Virus record (IMG/VR): IMGVR_UViG_3300027859_000064
Span: 1 to 27,955 of that record
Direction: 5' to 3' (one strand)
Origin: a virus
Lineage: Duplodnaviria; Caudoviricetes
DNA: 27,955 nt
The position numbers were made by a program, and so were the translations under genes. The notes under the pieces are model-generated. The model ran no database searches, was not told the origin of the DNA, and worked only from the letters and a program-made list of their open reading frames with translations. Shown here one piece after another: positions 10,101 through 19,000 of the stretch (its first letter is position 1; every line of letters starts with the position of its first letter).

Positions 10101-11478
10101 ACCTTTCTGTACCAACACCTGCTATATTTCTCTTACTGATGTCATAGACTCTAGCATTACCGACAAGTGCTGCTGCACCGTCAATAGTTCCATCCTGGGC
10201 AAGTCTACGATCTCTGAGTTCTACTACACTATTATTGGTGAATCCAATAGTTGGTTGACCCCTTAGGTTTTCTACCTGAAGATTGTTTCCAATTTTGACT
10301 GGAACACTGATATTTTCTCTCTTCTTAGTGGTTCTTGGTTTGGGACTATCAAGTGAAGTTGAACCAACTTTCTCAACTTCGTATCCTTTTACATATGCCT
10401 TACCGGAGGATATCTGAAGGGTGAGAAGGTCATCAGAAGGTGTATTACCTCTCTGAGTTAATTGACCTGGTGCATAGATGCCCTTATTGCCAAGTCTATC
10501 ATTTAAAGTTTCTCTAATATCAATAGCAAATTTCTTGACGTAATAATCACCAGATTCGTCAAATGTTCTTCTTGCAAGTTCGTCTTTAAAGATATTATAA
10601 TCAGTTCTTTGGACTAATCTTTGAACAAGTCCATTTTCAACACGCAACAATTCTACGAAGTTAGCATCGTTGTTGTCTTTAAGTGTTTTCTTGACCAGAG
10701 TTGCTGACAATCTAAGTCTGTCTGCACCAGGGGCAGATTCGTTTGAGAATCCCTTGGCATTGTCAAACAAGTCTGGATTTACAGAAGAAGCAGTTAAGAT
10801 ATCTTCTGAAATTTGAAGACCGACCTTATAGTTGGGTCTATTTGTATACTGATCCAGGATTACAGTCGCTGGAGATACTTTTACGAAATATCCTCTAATG
10901 AAGAAAACTCCTTCATTAATTGAAGAAGAAGAACCAATCTGTGTTGCTTCAGATACAATTGCTCTTGCAAATGGATTATTTGCAGTAATAGTAGTAGAAG
11001 AATAGTTAATATCTTCTAATGTAATCAGAGTCTCACCATCTGTAAACTTAGTTGATGCGCCGTCAGTACCAGAAGAAGTGTATTTGACATAAAGAGTATC
11101 TACATTATCAATTGATTCAGTACTTGAAAGGCAATTGACAACAGTTGCTTTAACACCAGAAGTCTCACCTTGAATCTCAATGTTATTATCTTTGAGATAT
11201 GCAGTATACGCAGAAACAGGAACGTCTAAGAAGGTGGGGTCAATCTTAACTGCAGGATAGTTTGAATCATAGAATATGCCACCAGGGACAATCATTGACC
11301 CTTCTTTGAAGAAGTGCTGTCCAAACTTCTCAATCTGTCCTTGCAGGATAGACTGTAACGTAGTTAGTTCTCTGGATTGAATTGGAAATCCAGGTTTAAA
11401 CAATACCTTATTATAATTCTTATCCTCATCAAAATCGTCAAAATAAGGCGATACATTGAGATTGGTGTTCTGGGTCAT
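4111..11478 (-). CDS. Large virion structural protein, DUF4815 / VrlC-like (2455 aa)
   Basis: N-terminus NLNVSPYFDDFDEDKNYNKVLFKPGFPIQSRELTTLQSILQ, plus NESAPGADRL, LARRTFDESGDY, KRFTMKDIG..ENRVKNLENYTTLSLLE, FKSGFFVDNF, DPLAQSF and C-terminal PRIKNLRAIAL. These match my recollection of the DUF4815/VrlC-like family that follows gp8 in T4-like cyanophages. Confidence 0.88.
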   Translation of the reverse strand: MTQNTNLNVSPYFDDFDEDKNYNKVLFKPGFPIQSRELTTLQSILQGQIEKFGQHFFKEGSMIVPGGIFYDSNYPAVKIDPTFLDVPVSAYTAYLKDNNIEIQGETSGVKATVVNCLSSTESIDNVDTLYVKYTSSGTDGASTKFTDGETLITLEDINYSSTTITANNPFARAIVSEATQIGSSSSINEGVFFIRGYFVKVSPATVILDQYTNRPNYKVGLQISEDILTASSVNPDLFDNAKGFSNESAPGADRLRLSATLVKKTLKDNNDANFVELLRVENGLVQRLVQRTDYNIFKDELARRTFDESGDYYVKKFAIDIRETLNDRLGNKGIYAPGQLTQRGNTPSDDLLTLQISSGKAYVKGYEVEKVGSTSLDSPKPRTTKKRENISVPVKIGNNLQVENLRGQPTIGFTNNSVVELRDRRLAQDGTIDGAAALVGNARVYDISKRNIAGVGTERFDLRLYDIQTFTTITLGLAVTAGNAAHVKGVFSGATGHLKDAVTDGTVLNLLDVTGQFQINEPIEIDGLAVGRNITVVRDNDIRDVKSIGATNFACNVSMQQTTNLIEPGSAFQIGADAGSGSAVTSPSVGDFRNVPVRVNDIVSYTIPGQTLPTFNRVSAVTAGSLTLVGVSTVVGVNTGGTVKAANGGALDNVQNLNVVQGFIEKGNAPGKIIKLPNTSISSINLLDSSYIVRKQRTLNVTATTLTFNIDDLGDDTLFLEPYNQENYSLTFANGHKEIILPSQVTISSTLKEIQITGLSQTGNNAVLTITCRRSTLTSKTKNITRCANLVVSRSRIQGAGAGATTFDDGLTFSQAFPFGTRVQDESISLNVPEVTRVLGIFESNDANAPTLPSLIGSAQSDTFSNNVVVGEQIVGATSGAVARVVDVVSGNQLNFVYENDRTFELLETISLQSSSITANINTLVIGDRNVSYDYSLDAGQRAEFCDISRIKRNSDAAEPTRQLRVVFDHLTTDEGTGTVESVNSYNNLNFTSEVPEVSGFRISDFIDLRPRANVYALNSTDSPFAFESRSFSNSNSETAVTDKTLVVDFSHYLGRIDRLYLTRDGEFLIKQGEPAEFPKLPVGNTEGFEVAVITMDPYVFNATYDTTLKLIPHKRFTMKDIGGIENRVKNLENYTTLSLLETDTKNLSIKDPNTGLDKFKSGFFVDNFRNHSGANLQGESRFDIDIKRAELRPRSAERNVTLQFETVSTEANFTDADYAWADDFSDVNVTRKGPGLTLNFEEVEFIDQPLATRTENLNPYHIALYAGSIDLSPATDYWIEEIVLATPDIVQVDSVFNGMAELLSVEDRENGGMAASWWNSSEFTWNGDDRVIDSELVNSTTLSSSSGSSSHTSTQTTLSRFEPGRGRRRATTTTTTESSWWSATIKEDFIDTAVETGEERVFGLELSSGLEEISLGDRVIGIETLHNCRSRNIHVTAKKLKPNTKYYVFMESVDMNEFAFPKNLPISMVNGSFKTGDIVSSVSLAQVGAPQITFRAAQHNHEIGPFNNPQVTIPGRSATYSGTSEFINVDLADLSNQTKPEHLGFVKKGMFIVNSDGTAEAQIGETQLITDDKGELQFSLHIPDPVIAANPKFTTGSSTIRITSSPVNSPVLDPGGSSAETEYLSSGYATSYEEQVLAIKTPEVDRRFVESLDALRLQQNERSAIRTESGSSSSTSSETVVGEYFDPLAQSFLITAENDNGTESDGIYVTGGEVYFKTKDPTIPVTVQIRTMRDGTPTTQVVPFGQVNIASNDVNLSDDGSAATSFSFPTPVYLQTGYEYALVLISPTEKYLTFITRMGEEDLQLKAVYNKQPYLGSLFKSQNQSTWTPSQLEDLKFKLNKAKFVTNTPVSVSFYNSELPRVGIRKINPIQSFSKRQFVGIPTSIVNYGPGNSLVQGTTTGNVFATGSRCGLVGMTTALVQPTAGVGLTDNVYPGIGFTSLTGFGVSCTANVTVSGGAVTQIQIANGGAGYQVGDLLLMNQLGSTGSGVRVTVGVATVTNLIVVDDVKGSFDSGSAYNFVDNNGTSTAQPAIQFVNDDPIRDGKTMIFSHFNHGMHSSQNKLRVYNIASDVAPTTLTAAFNEGDTVIKVTDGSAFANFEGAAVGSGNTGYLQIDQEILGYQVISGNDITVSERVVDGSLKSNHAQNSTVFKYEANGVNLLKINTLHNIDPREKTFNSYHVSLDNTAKLFDATKAIGGNNVQITQNIPFEYIRPNINLVSPSGTAVSARIRTTTGTSISSNEASFTNTGYEGVTLNQLNRLDSPRMVASQVNETNLLNGEKSFELEMLLSTTDENVSPMVDLDTTNIVAISNLINDPQVDYDLDSRVNVPGFDPNAAIYETKRINLEFTSNSVYVQLDGHRMGESQIRVFYRLFRNDENETGQTYIPFNGNGLSDNTVNPNILENGFSEYKYTAENTPQFNGFQVKIVMTSPDQSEAPRIKNLRAIALRTFDSPV

Positions 11479-11482
11479 GTTC

Positions 11483-13018
11483 TTAGAACTCTACTACGAT
11501 TTTTACTTCTTCTTTTTGGGATTCAGATCTACCGACTGGTGCTCTGTTATCAATGTAGATGATATCACCTGAAAACTTTTCAACTTCTGGATTTGCTTTA
11601 CCACCAGCGAAAGTTTGTCCTAAATCAACTACCTTATTGCTAAGTGTTACACTGGAACCATTAAATGTGGTATCAGGTTGTAAAGGACTACCTTCAACAT
11701 CAGTAGATGGAGAAGTGTTGATCACATTACCATTACTTTCAAAATCAACGTTCTTGAAGTTATTACCCGTTAAAGTAGTAAAACCAACTGGTTGATAATA
11801 TCTCAGGACTCCAGTATCTCTATCCCAAGAAGCAACATAACCAACAGCAAATGAACCGGCAGTACCGACTGATTGTCTGATTTCAGCATTTAGTTTGTAA
11901 ATGGTGTCAGAAGTATTTCCTGCACCTGTCAACTTCAATGCACCGAGCGAGGTTGCGGTATTTTTATTTAGGATGGATGTTGAACTTCCAAATTCATTTG
12001 GATTCCTTACAATACCAATTCTTGAGAAGTTATTTTGTGCTGCAAAGTCAGCAGCAGTGTCATACTTAGAGTAAATCATTACTCTATATGTGCCTAACTC
12101 ACGATAGATGTCTGCTCCATGACCTCCCTTTGGTGGAATAATAACTTCAAATTCTGCACCAGATCCACCACCACTGGTGAAGTTGATTAATCCTTTGGTG
12201 TAGTCTTTTCCACCATCTGTAACTTCAATAGATTCAACTTCCTGGTCATTTACAGTGATGGAGACCTTTCCACCAGTTCCGTCACCAAGAATGTCTATAT
12301 CCGAAAATGTGTTAGTTCCTGTTGTATATCCAGTTCCTCTATTCTTGATTACAACTGTTTCAACGTGACCACGAACAGCAGCATCCTTTACTGCTGCAGT
12401 ATTGACATCTCCCCAGTTTGGAGGAACTGGCATATACTTCTCTGTGGTAAATTTAACAATATCCGCAGGGGCGATTGTATAAAGATACTTCCAAAGATAC
12501 CCATCAGAACCATCTCCTGCTTGCTGAGGAGCAGTATCTACAAAGGTTGGTTCAAACTGTGATGGTCTGCCATCTACAAAATCAGGACTTGATCCATTAT
12601 TGATACAGATGTAAACTTTAAATTCAGAGTTTACAACATAGAAACGAGACTCGTATAATGTCTTTGCACTAGTTTGTGGTGCATCATTGATAATATCATA
12701 ATTATTCTTATACATGTCATAGGTTATACCAGAAGACCAATTAACTCTTGGTATAATTCTTGCAAAATCATTAATGCCAATCTTTTTCAAGAACAACATT
12801 GAGTCGGCATATCTATCCTCTTGCTGGAAAGAATCCCTTGGATCTGGGACAGAAGTTGTCCAATCAGCATCACCATAGTCTACAATAGAGACATTCGTGG
12901 GATTCGGGTGTGCCAAGAAAGTATAGTAAAAGTTTGAAGTCGTGCCAATACCAGTCACGGACTTGGTAAAGGTCTCCGCATTCAAAATTCTAAATTGGTC
13001 AGTGATTATGGCAGGCAT
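11483..13018 (-). CDS. gp8: Baseplate wedge subunit gp8
   Basis: RIIPRVNWSSGITYDMY, FYVVNSEFKVYICINNG, DGYLWKYLYTI and C-terminal SGDIIYIDNRAPVGRSESQKEEVKIVVEF are gp8 motifs. The gene follows gp7. Confidence 0.92.
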   Translation of the reverse strand: MPAIITDQFRILNAETFTKSVTGIGTTSNFYYTFLAHPNPTNVSIVDYGDADWTTSVPDPRDSFQQEDRYADSMLFLKKIGINDFARIIPRVNWSSGITYDMYKNNYDIINDAPQTSAKTLYESRFYVVNSEFKVYICINNGSSPDFVDGRPSQFEPTFVDTAPQQAGDGSDGYLWKYLYTIAPADIVKFTTEKYMPVPPNWGDVNTAAVKDAAVRGHVETVVIKNRGTGYTTGTNTFSDIDILGDGTGGKVSITVNDQEVESIEVTDGGKDYTKGLINFTSGGGSGAEFEVIIPPKGGHGADIYRELGTYRVMIYSKYDTAADFAAQNNFSRIGIVRNPNEFGSSTSILNKNTATSLGALKLTGAGNTSDTIYKLNAEIRQSVGTAGSFAVGYVASWDRDTGVLRYYQPVGFTTLTGNNFKNVDFESNGNVINTSPSTDVEGSPLQPDTTFNGSSVTLSNKVVDLGQTFAGGKANPEVEKFSGDIIYIDNRAPVGRSESQKEEVKIVVEF

Positions 13019-13037
13019 GTCTGTCCGATTTTTTGAT

Positions 13038-13045
13038 TATTTATA
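13038..13045 (-). promoter_or_regulatory. T4-type late promoter TATAAATA
   Basis: Perfect consensus in the 33-nt gp7-gp8 intergenic gap, about 20 nt before the gp8 ATG (13018). Confidence 0.88.
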
Positions 13046-13051
13046 CTGTAA

Positions 13052-16000
13052 TCAGTACTGTGCTTTTAACTCAGTAATTCGTGAAACGTGTGCTGAAGTA
13101 GTAACTCCAGAAAGTGGATTGTCCTTTTGGAATACAAACGAAGATCCATTTCTAGATCCAGTAATGATTTTACCCCAACTGAAGTCTCCATATTTTTTGA
13201 TATTGAATGTATCAGGTAAAGCAGTGTTCACTCCTACAACAGAGAGAACATTTGCAGATACAAGTTTTGCATCTGTTCCAGCAATAGCAACAATCGAAGC
13301 AGCACGATAAACATTATCAATGAAATCTTCTCCATTTGCAACGATAGTGGATACATCACCATCAATTGAAGTAACACCAGTACCAATTCTAGTATTTCTA
13401 ACTACGAAGTAATCTCCCGTAGAAATACCAGTAAATCTAACCTTGTTTGCTTTTGCAAGTGGAAAGAAAATATCTGGATGTGGTATTACTTTAAACTTAA
13501 GTGTGGCTAATGAATTGACTGCACCAGATTCGCCACCAGCAAACTCTGTGATATCTTCAATGAGTCCATAGTCACCTTCATATGAAACTTGCTGGATTGT
13601 TTCGACAACTGGAATATTAGCGTCTGTGGCAGCGACTCCCACGAGTCTGACATCCTGTTGAGTTTGTCCAAGATTATCAATCTTTTCAAATGTCCAGGCA
13701 TTTTCAACAGATATTGAAGTGTCTGTATCACCAACGGGTGCAATAATATTGGTTGATGGATAATACTGAGGTTCAAGAGAATTTCTCTTCTTGGAAATAG
13801 AGCGACCATCAATAATAACGTCAGAAGTCTGCTTGGTCCATTCTACAGGTCTCAAGAATGAATTATCGGTATTAATACCAACACCTGTATAAGTTTCAGT
13901 CTCAACAGTATCAGAAGCAATCAATTCATAGATAACTCTCTGTTCCTGACTGGCAAATGGATCTTGATACTGAAGTCTTAGTCTATCACCACGTTTGATT
14001 GTCTCATCAACGTCAACTTTAAGGAAGTCATTTTCAGAACCAGTATAGAAATACATTCTAAACTTGCTTCCTGCTCTTGGTGCTTCTTTGAACTTAAGTC
14101 TTGTGCCACCATTGAATTCATAATCAACTCCTGGTTTCTGGAGAACATCATTCATGAAAATCAAGAAGTTATTCTGGAGTATGACACCAGATCCTTCTTG
14201 GGCAACAATACTGTAGAACTCTTTGGTGGTTTCTGTTCTGGTGATCAAGAAGTTAGTTCTAGCACCATTAAATCCGATACTGAAATCGTCCAACTCAAGA
14301 AGTTGACCAAATGCCCATCCTGAGAACTTATCTTGGAACTTGTTATCAACAGTTACCAGCATATTGGTAGAACCAATACCAACTGGATCAAATGGCAGAC
14401 CACTCAATTCAAGAACATCACCCTCTTTGTATCCAATGCCACGATTAGACATATTGAAACTGATGATGCTACCGCCAGTTCCAACAACAACGTCCATCTC
14501 AGCACCAGAACCAGTGCCACCCGTTAGGGTAAGACCTTTATATGGTGCAGGTTCGTCTGTGAATACCAGAGGTGGAGTTGCTTGGGTATATCCAGTACCA
14601 CCGCTATTAATAGTGAATCCAGTGATCGTTCCGCCAGCACCAACTGTTGCAGTGACAGCAGCACCTGTTCCACCACCTAATGTGTCTGCAATCGAGACAT
14701 TAGGTGCAAATAAGTGACCGCCACCACCGGAACGAACACCGGTACTACCAACACCAACTGTGACTCCAGTGATTACACCAGAACCATTTACTACTGCAAC
14801 ACCGATAGCACGAGCAGGAACAGTGTAATTGATTCCAGAAGTTGCTGTAAACTCGTTGATAATGCCTCCCCTAGGAAGATCACCAATCGGTCCAGTTCCA
14901 GTAAAGTCAATATCTTCACCGTCAACAGACTTAGTGATTCTATAATCAGCAACTAAAATTGAACCAATTGGTGAGAGGAATGGTTTCTGGAAGATATTGT
15001 TAATCAGAACTGCACCATGACTGGTAGTAATACCAGTTACTGCAGCACCACTACTGATCATTGCAAATTGATCAGTAGTACCATTGAAGGATTCAGAAAT
15101 ATCATCAAGAATTACATTCTTGTCATAGTTCAATCTATAGAAAATTCTACCAGAGAATGTTGATCTAGTTGTTATACCAACAACACCAGCAGGTCCATAT
15201 GGTGCATCACTGAAGTAAATCTTACCCTGTTTGATTCTATAATCGCCCGTAACGACGCTGCTAGCAGCACCGACAGTATGTGCAGCAGCAACTGTTCCCA
15301 TTGCTCCACGTTGGACATTAAGAACGTTACCTGCATTTACAAGATCAACTTTAACAATCTCTCCATCTCCGAATCGGAGCAAGGACTTACCTACGATCTT
15401 CGATGAATCGCTGACTGTAATCTGAGTTGAACCAATTCCAACTGCCTCAGACATAGTGATGGCAACACCTACTGGTTTTACTGCAATAGGACTTTGTATG
15501 ATATTATCAACTGTAATCATACTTCTAGTGGTTGCAAGATCATCCTCTGTAGAGAATGATTGAGTTGAACCAATGCCAACACTATTGGTAAATGATACAA
15601 ATCTTCCAAGTGCCAAGTCTGCTGTACTGATAGCAACTTTGAACTGGTCCTTAGTTACTCTTACTGCAAATACCGTATCTGGGAGAAGAGTAGTAACACC
15701 AATACCAGGAACAGCAGTAGAACCAATACTCAGACGAGATCCAGTATTGATACCAGCATTTGTTGGGTCATATACAAGTTCTTCGCCAGTATTGAAGTTA
15801 TGGTCTGTAATTGTGATTATACTAGCACCGATACCAGTTGCAGGATTGACGGTATGATGAAGCATTGACTTACCATCAGTGAATATGGTAAAGGTGCTTA
15901 GACCAACAAGTTGACCAGCAGAGTTTCCAACACCACTAAACTGAGGACCAATATCATCAATCATCAGAACCTTATTGGTTCTAGATTCGTTGTAATCAGT

Positions 16001-19000
16001 GATTACCTTAGAATCAAATTTGATAATCTTGGAAAGTCCTGCCGATTCTGTATCTTCAGAAGCAAGATCATAACTTATTCTTGAATGCACTGATGCTTCA
16101 TTCTCAATGTCCACCAGGAGATTGAATTCTGATGTATCTGCAATTGAAACATTTGCTTTCTTTGGTGGGAAAGTAATAATCTGGAAGTCAGAGAAGTTCT
16201 TATATCCAGCAGTGTGATCTAAACTATCAACAGGTTCTTTCCAAGTTTCTAGTGGAATTTCACCACGGATACTGTATGAGAATCTTTGATAATAATCATT
16301 ATCATGAAGTCTCTGGAGAGTATCATTCATCTTACCAATATCATCTTTCCACATTCCAGCATCTCTTGAGGTGCTTCCTACCTCAAGATCAAAGTCGAAC
16401 TTAGTAATTTCAGAAATAGTTGCCTTAAAGTTACCTACGGTGCCACGAACAACTGAATCTTCAGTGAACTTACCACTGACACCATTCAGTCTCAGTATGC
16501 CTGATTCTTCATCCCATCCGTCCATTGCTACAACACCAAATATGTTTGGATCATTAGCATCAACAATTATTTCTCCTTCTGTGAATCGAATGCTATCAAA
16601 TTCTGGTTTGAATGTTGCCAGATCGGTTGCCTTGATCACTCTACCAAATTGTGCATTCTGAGCAATGTTATAGTCTCCACCGGTAAAACCTAAACCAGTG
16701 ATTCTATAACTAACACTTTCAGTACCAGCAACCTTATTGACAGCGGTGACTTCAAAGGTTCTGAAACCGTAATCACTTGAATTATATCCATCTGCAAGAG
16801 GAGCATTAGTGATCTGGATGTTTTCTACAAAGATTTGATCACCGACAGCGAATGGGAAGTTGTCTCCAAATCCAGCAAGAGTTTGTGGTGCTTTGAGTGA
16901 AATTTCATTTACGCCAGAAGCAGAAGTAGCATTAACAACACCAACTCCATTTGAGTTATTGGTTGCAATAATTCTAAGATCTTCTCTCAGGTTACTATCA
17001 CTAGAGATAACTTCAACATCTCCAACAGAACCACCTTCAAGTGTTGTCTTTGTAATTATGCTGTCGTTTCCAATTGCAACAACTTTTGGTGGAACGTTGT
17101 AATTATTACCAGCAGTAACAATACCAACTCCCTTCAGTGTTCTGATGTTCTTAAGTCTCAGAACAAGAGAACTATCTGTTTTTGGTTTGATAGTGTGATC
17201 TTCTGAGAAATCAATACCAGGAATGGTGACTACTTCATCTGTAACTTCACCAATCTCAGTATTCATTAACTTCAGGTCTGCATTGACTCCTGTAGTGGTT
17301 CCTATGGATGTAATTGCTGGGAAGTTTTTAATATTTTTACCATCATTCACTACCTTGACTGAATGAATTCCACCAACAGCAGTTAGTGAACTGGTAGAAT
17401 AGAATCCAGTGCTAAATCCTGCAGGAGTGTAAGATGTTGTCTCAGCAGCACCAACTAAAGTGAAACTAAAGGTAGTATCTCCAATTCCTGTAATTTTGTA
17501 GTTTTGGTTGAACTTAGATTCTACTTTGGTGATAGTAGAATAGTTATCTACAGTTTCATCTACAGATGTTGGGAATGTATCTGTAAAGTTTACATCATCT
17601 CCTTCAATTCTGTAGTAGAAATTGTTTAAGAGATCTTTGTTGATATCAACTATGATTTGTGTACCAGCAACACCATCACCAATTATTCCATCTCTCTTGA
17701 AATTAATAGATTCATATCTACACTGGAAGTCATTATCTTTATAGAAATTGATGTCATATCCAGAAAGACTTGTATCTGAAGTATTCAGTGCAAATCTTCC
17801 ACCATTAAAAATCTCAATTTTTGGATTTATCTTTGCAACTTCATGAGTTCCATGTCCTTGCTCAGTAATAATGATGTTCTGGAATGGGAACTCCAATGCA
17901 TCGACTCTTGTTTCTGCAAGTCTAAATGTATCCTCATCAATCTTAATTGCATAATACTCTCTACTGCTCTGAAGGGGTGTTGCAACACCAACAGCGTTTG
18001 TATAAACAACAAGATCACCGGTATTCAATCCGTGTTTTACGGATACGATATTTGATGCAATAGTTGTGATTCCAGTGGGAGCAAAGGTCTTAGGATCTAC
18101 AACCAGTTTATTCAGATCTGAATTGAATTTAAGGACAAACTGTTGAACTTCATTAGGAGTTATACCAAATGTGACTTCATCTCCCAGTTGCAATCCATGA
18201 GCAGTTGCAACTCCAACATCAGCAAATACTTTCTTGACAGTACCTGTAAGATTTTCTTTTACCTGCTGCAGTGTGTGATTATCTCCGGTAGAAGCAGCAA
18301 CAAAGTAAATCGTGGAGTTGATACCAACGAATGCCTTAGAAGTTGCAAGTCCGATAAAATCAGTACCTTTCTTAACTGCAAAGAGAGAAGTTGTAGAGAT
18401 ATCAAAGTTATTAGATAGGTCTGACTTTGCAGAAGCACGAATTGTTCCCCCAACAGAGACAATACTTAGTTGATCACCAGTATTAAACTTGTGTCCAGGA
18501 AGGAAAATTGCACGATCTGGAATTGAAACTGTAACATTTGCACTTCCAGCAACTCCAACAACAGATGAGAAATAAGTAGCACCTATACCAAGAGCAGATT
18601 TTGCAAAGTTTGCCTGATATCCAATCTGTATATTTTTATTTTCTAACTCTTGATCAATAATAAACCTGAATACCTGGGGTTGTAACTGAACGATAGCATT
18701 TGTACCATGGTTACTTCCAGTGCTATTATTAACTATTCTTGTAACTTTATAGTTGTTATTGACATTATCAACACCAACAATCTTCATCAACTCATTACCA
18801 ACTTTGACAATATCATTTACTGCAAATTTATTTGTGAATGTAGAGGCAGCAAGTGTAATTGTAGTAGTAATACCAGTTGCTGTTGTTGCACCAATGGCAA
18901 CTGTAGTATTGGTTATTACTGTGGCAACCCCAACAGGAGTAAATCCTTCAAGGTTTTTGTAAATTGCAGAACCAATGCCAGTGATTTCAACAACGTCACC

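Noticed and set aside
11965-11971. CTAAATA late-promoter-like heptamer inside gp8
   Set aside because: It lies about 490 nt from the next start codon in an AT-rich coding context, so chance is plausible.
15423-15580. Short direct repeat tgagttgaaccaat (two copies about 140 nt apart)
   Set aside because: Both copies simply encode the IGSTQ peptide motif. There is no regular spacing or array, so it is not CRISPR or a mobile-element end.
4284-18462. Alternate-frame minus-strand ORFs inside the giant genes (4284-4664, 6786-7016, 7209-7394, 7482-7691, 13507-13812, 17827-18018, 18259-18462)
   Set aside because: They have the Leu-rich composition typical of off-frame reads and no initiation or slippage signals that I could see.
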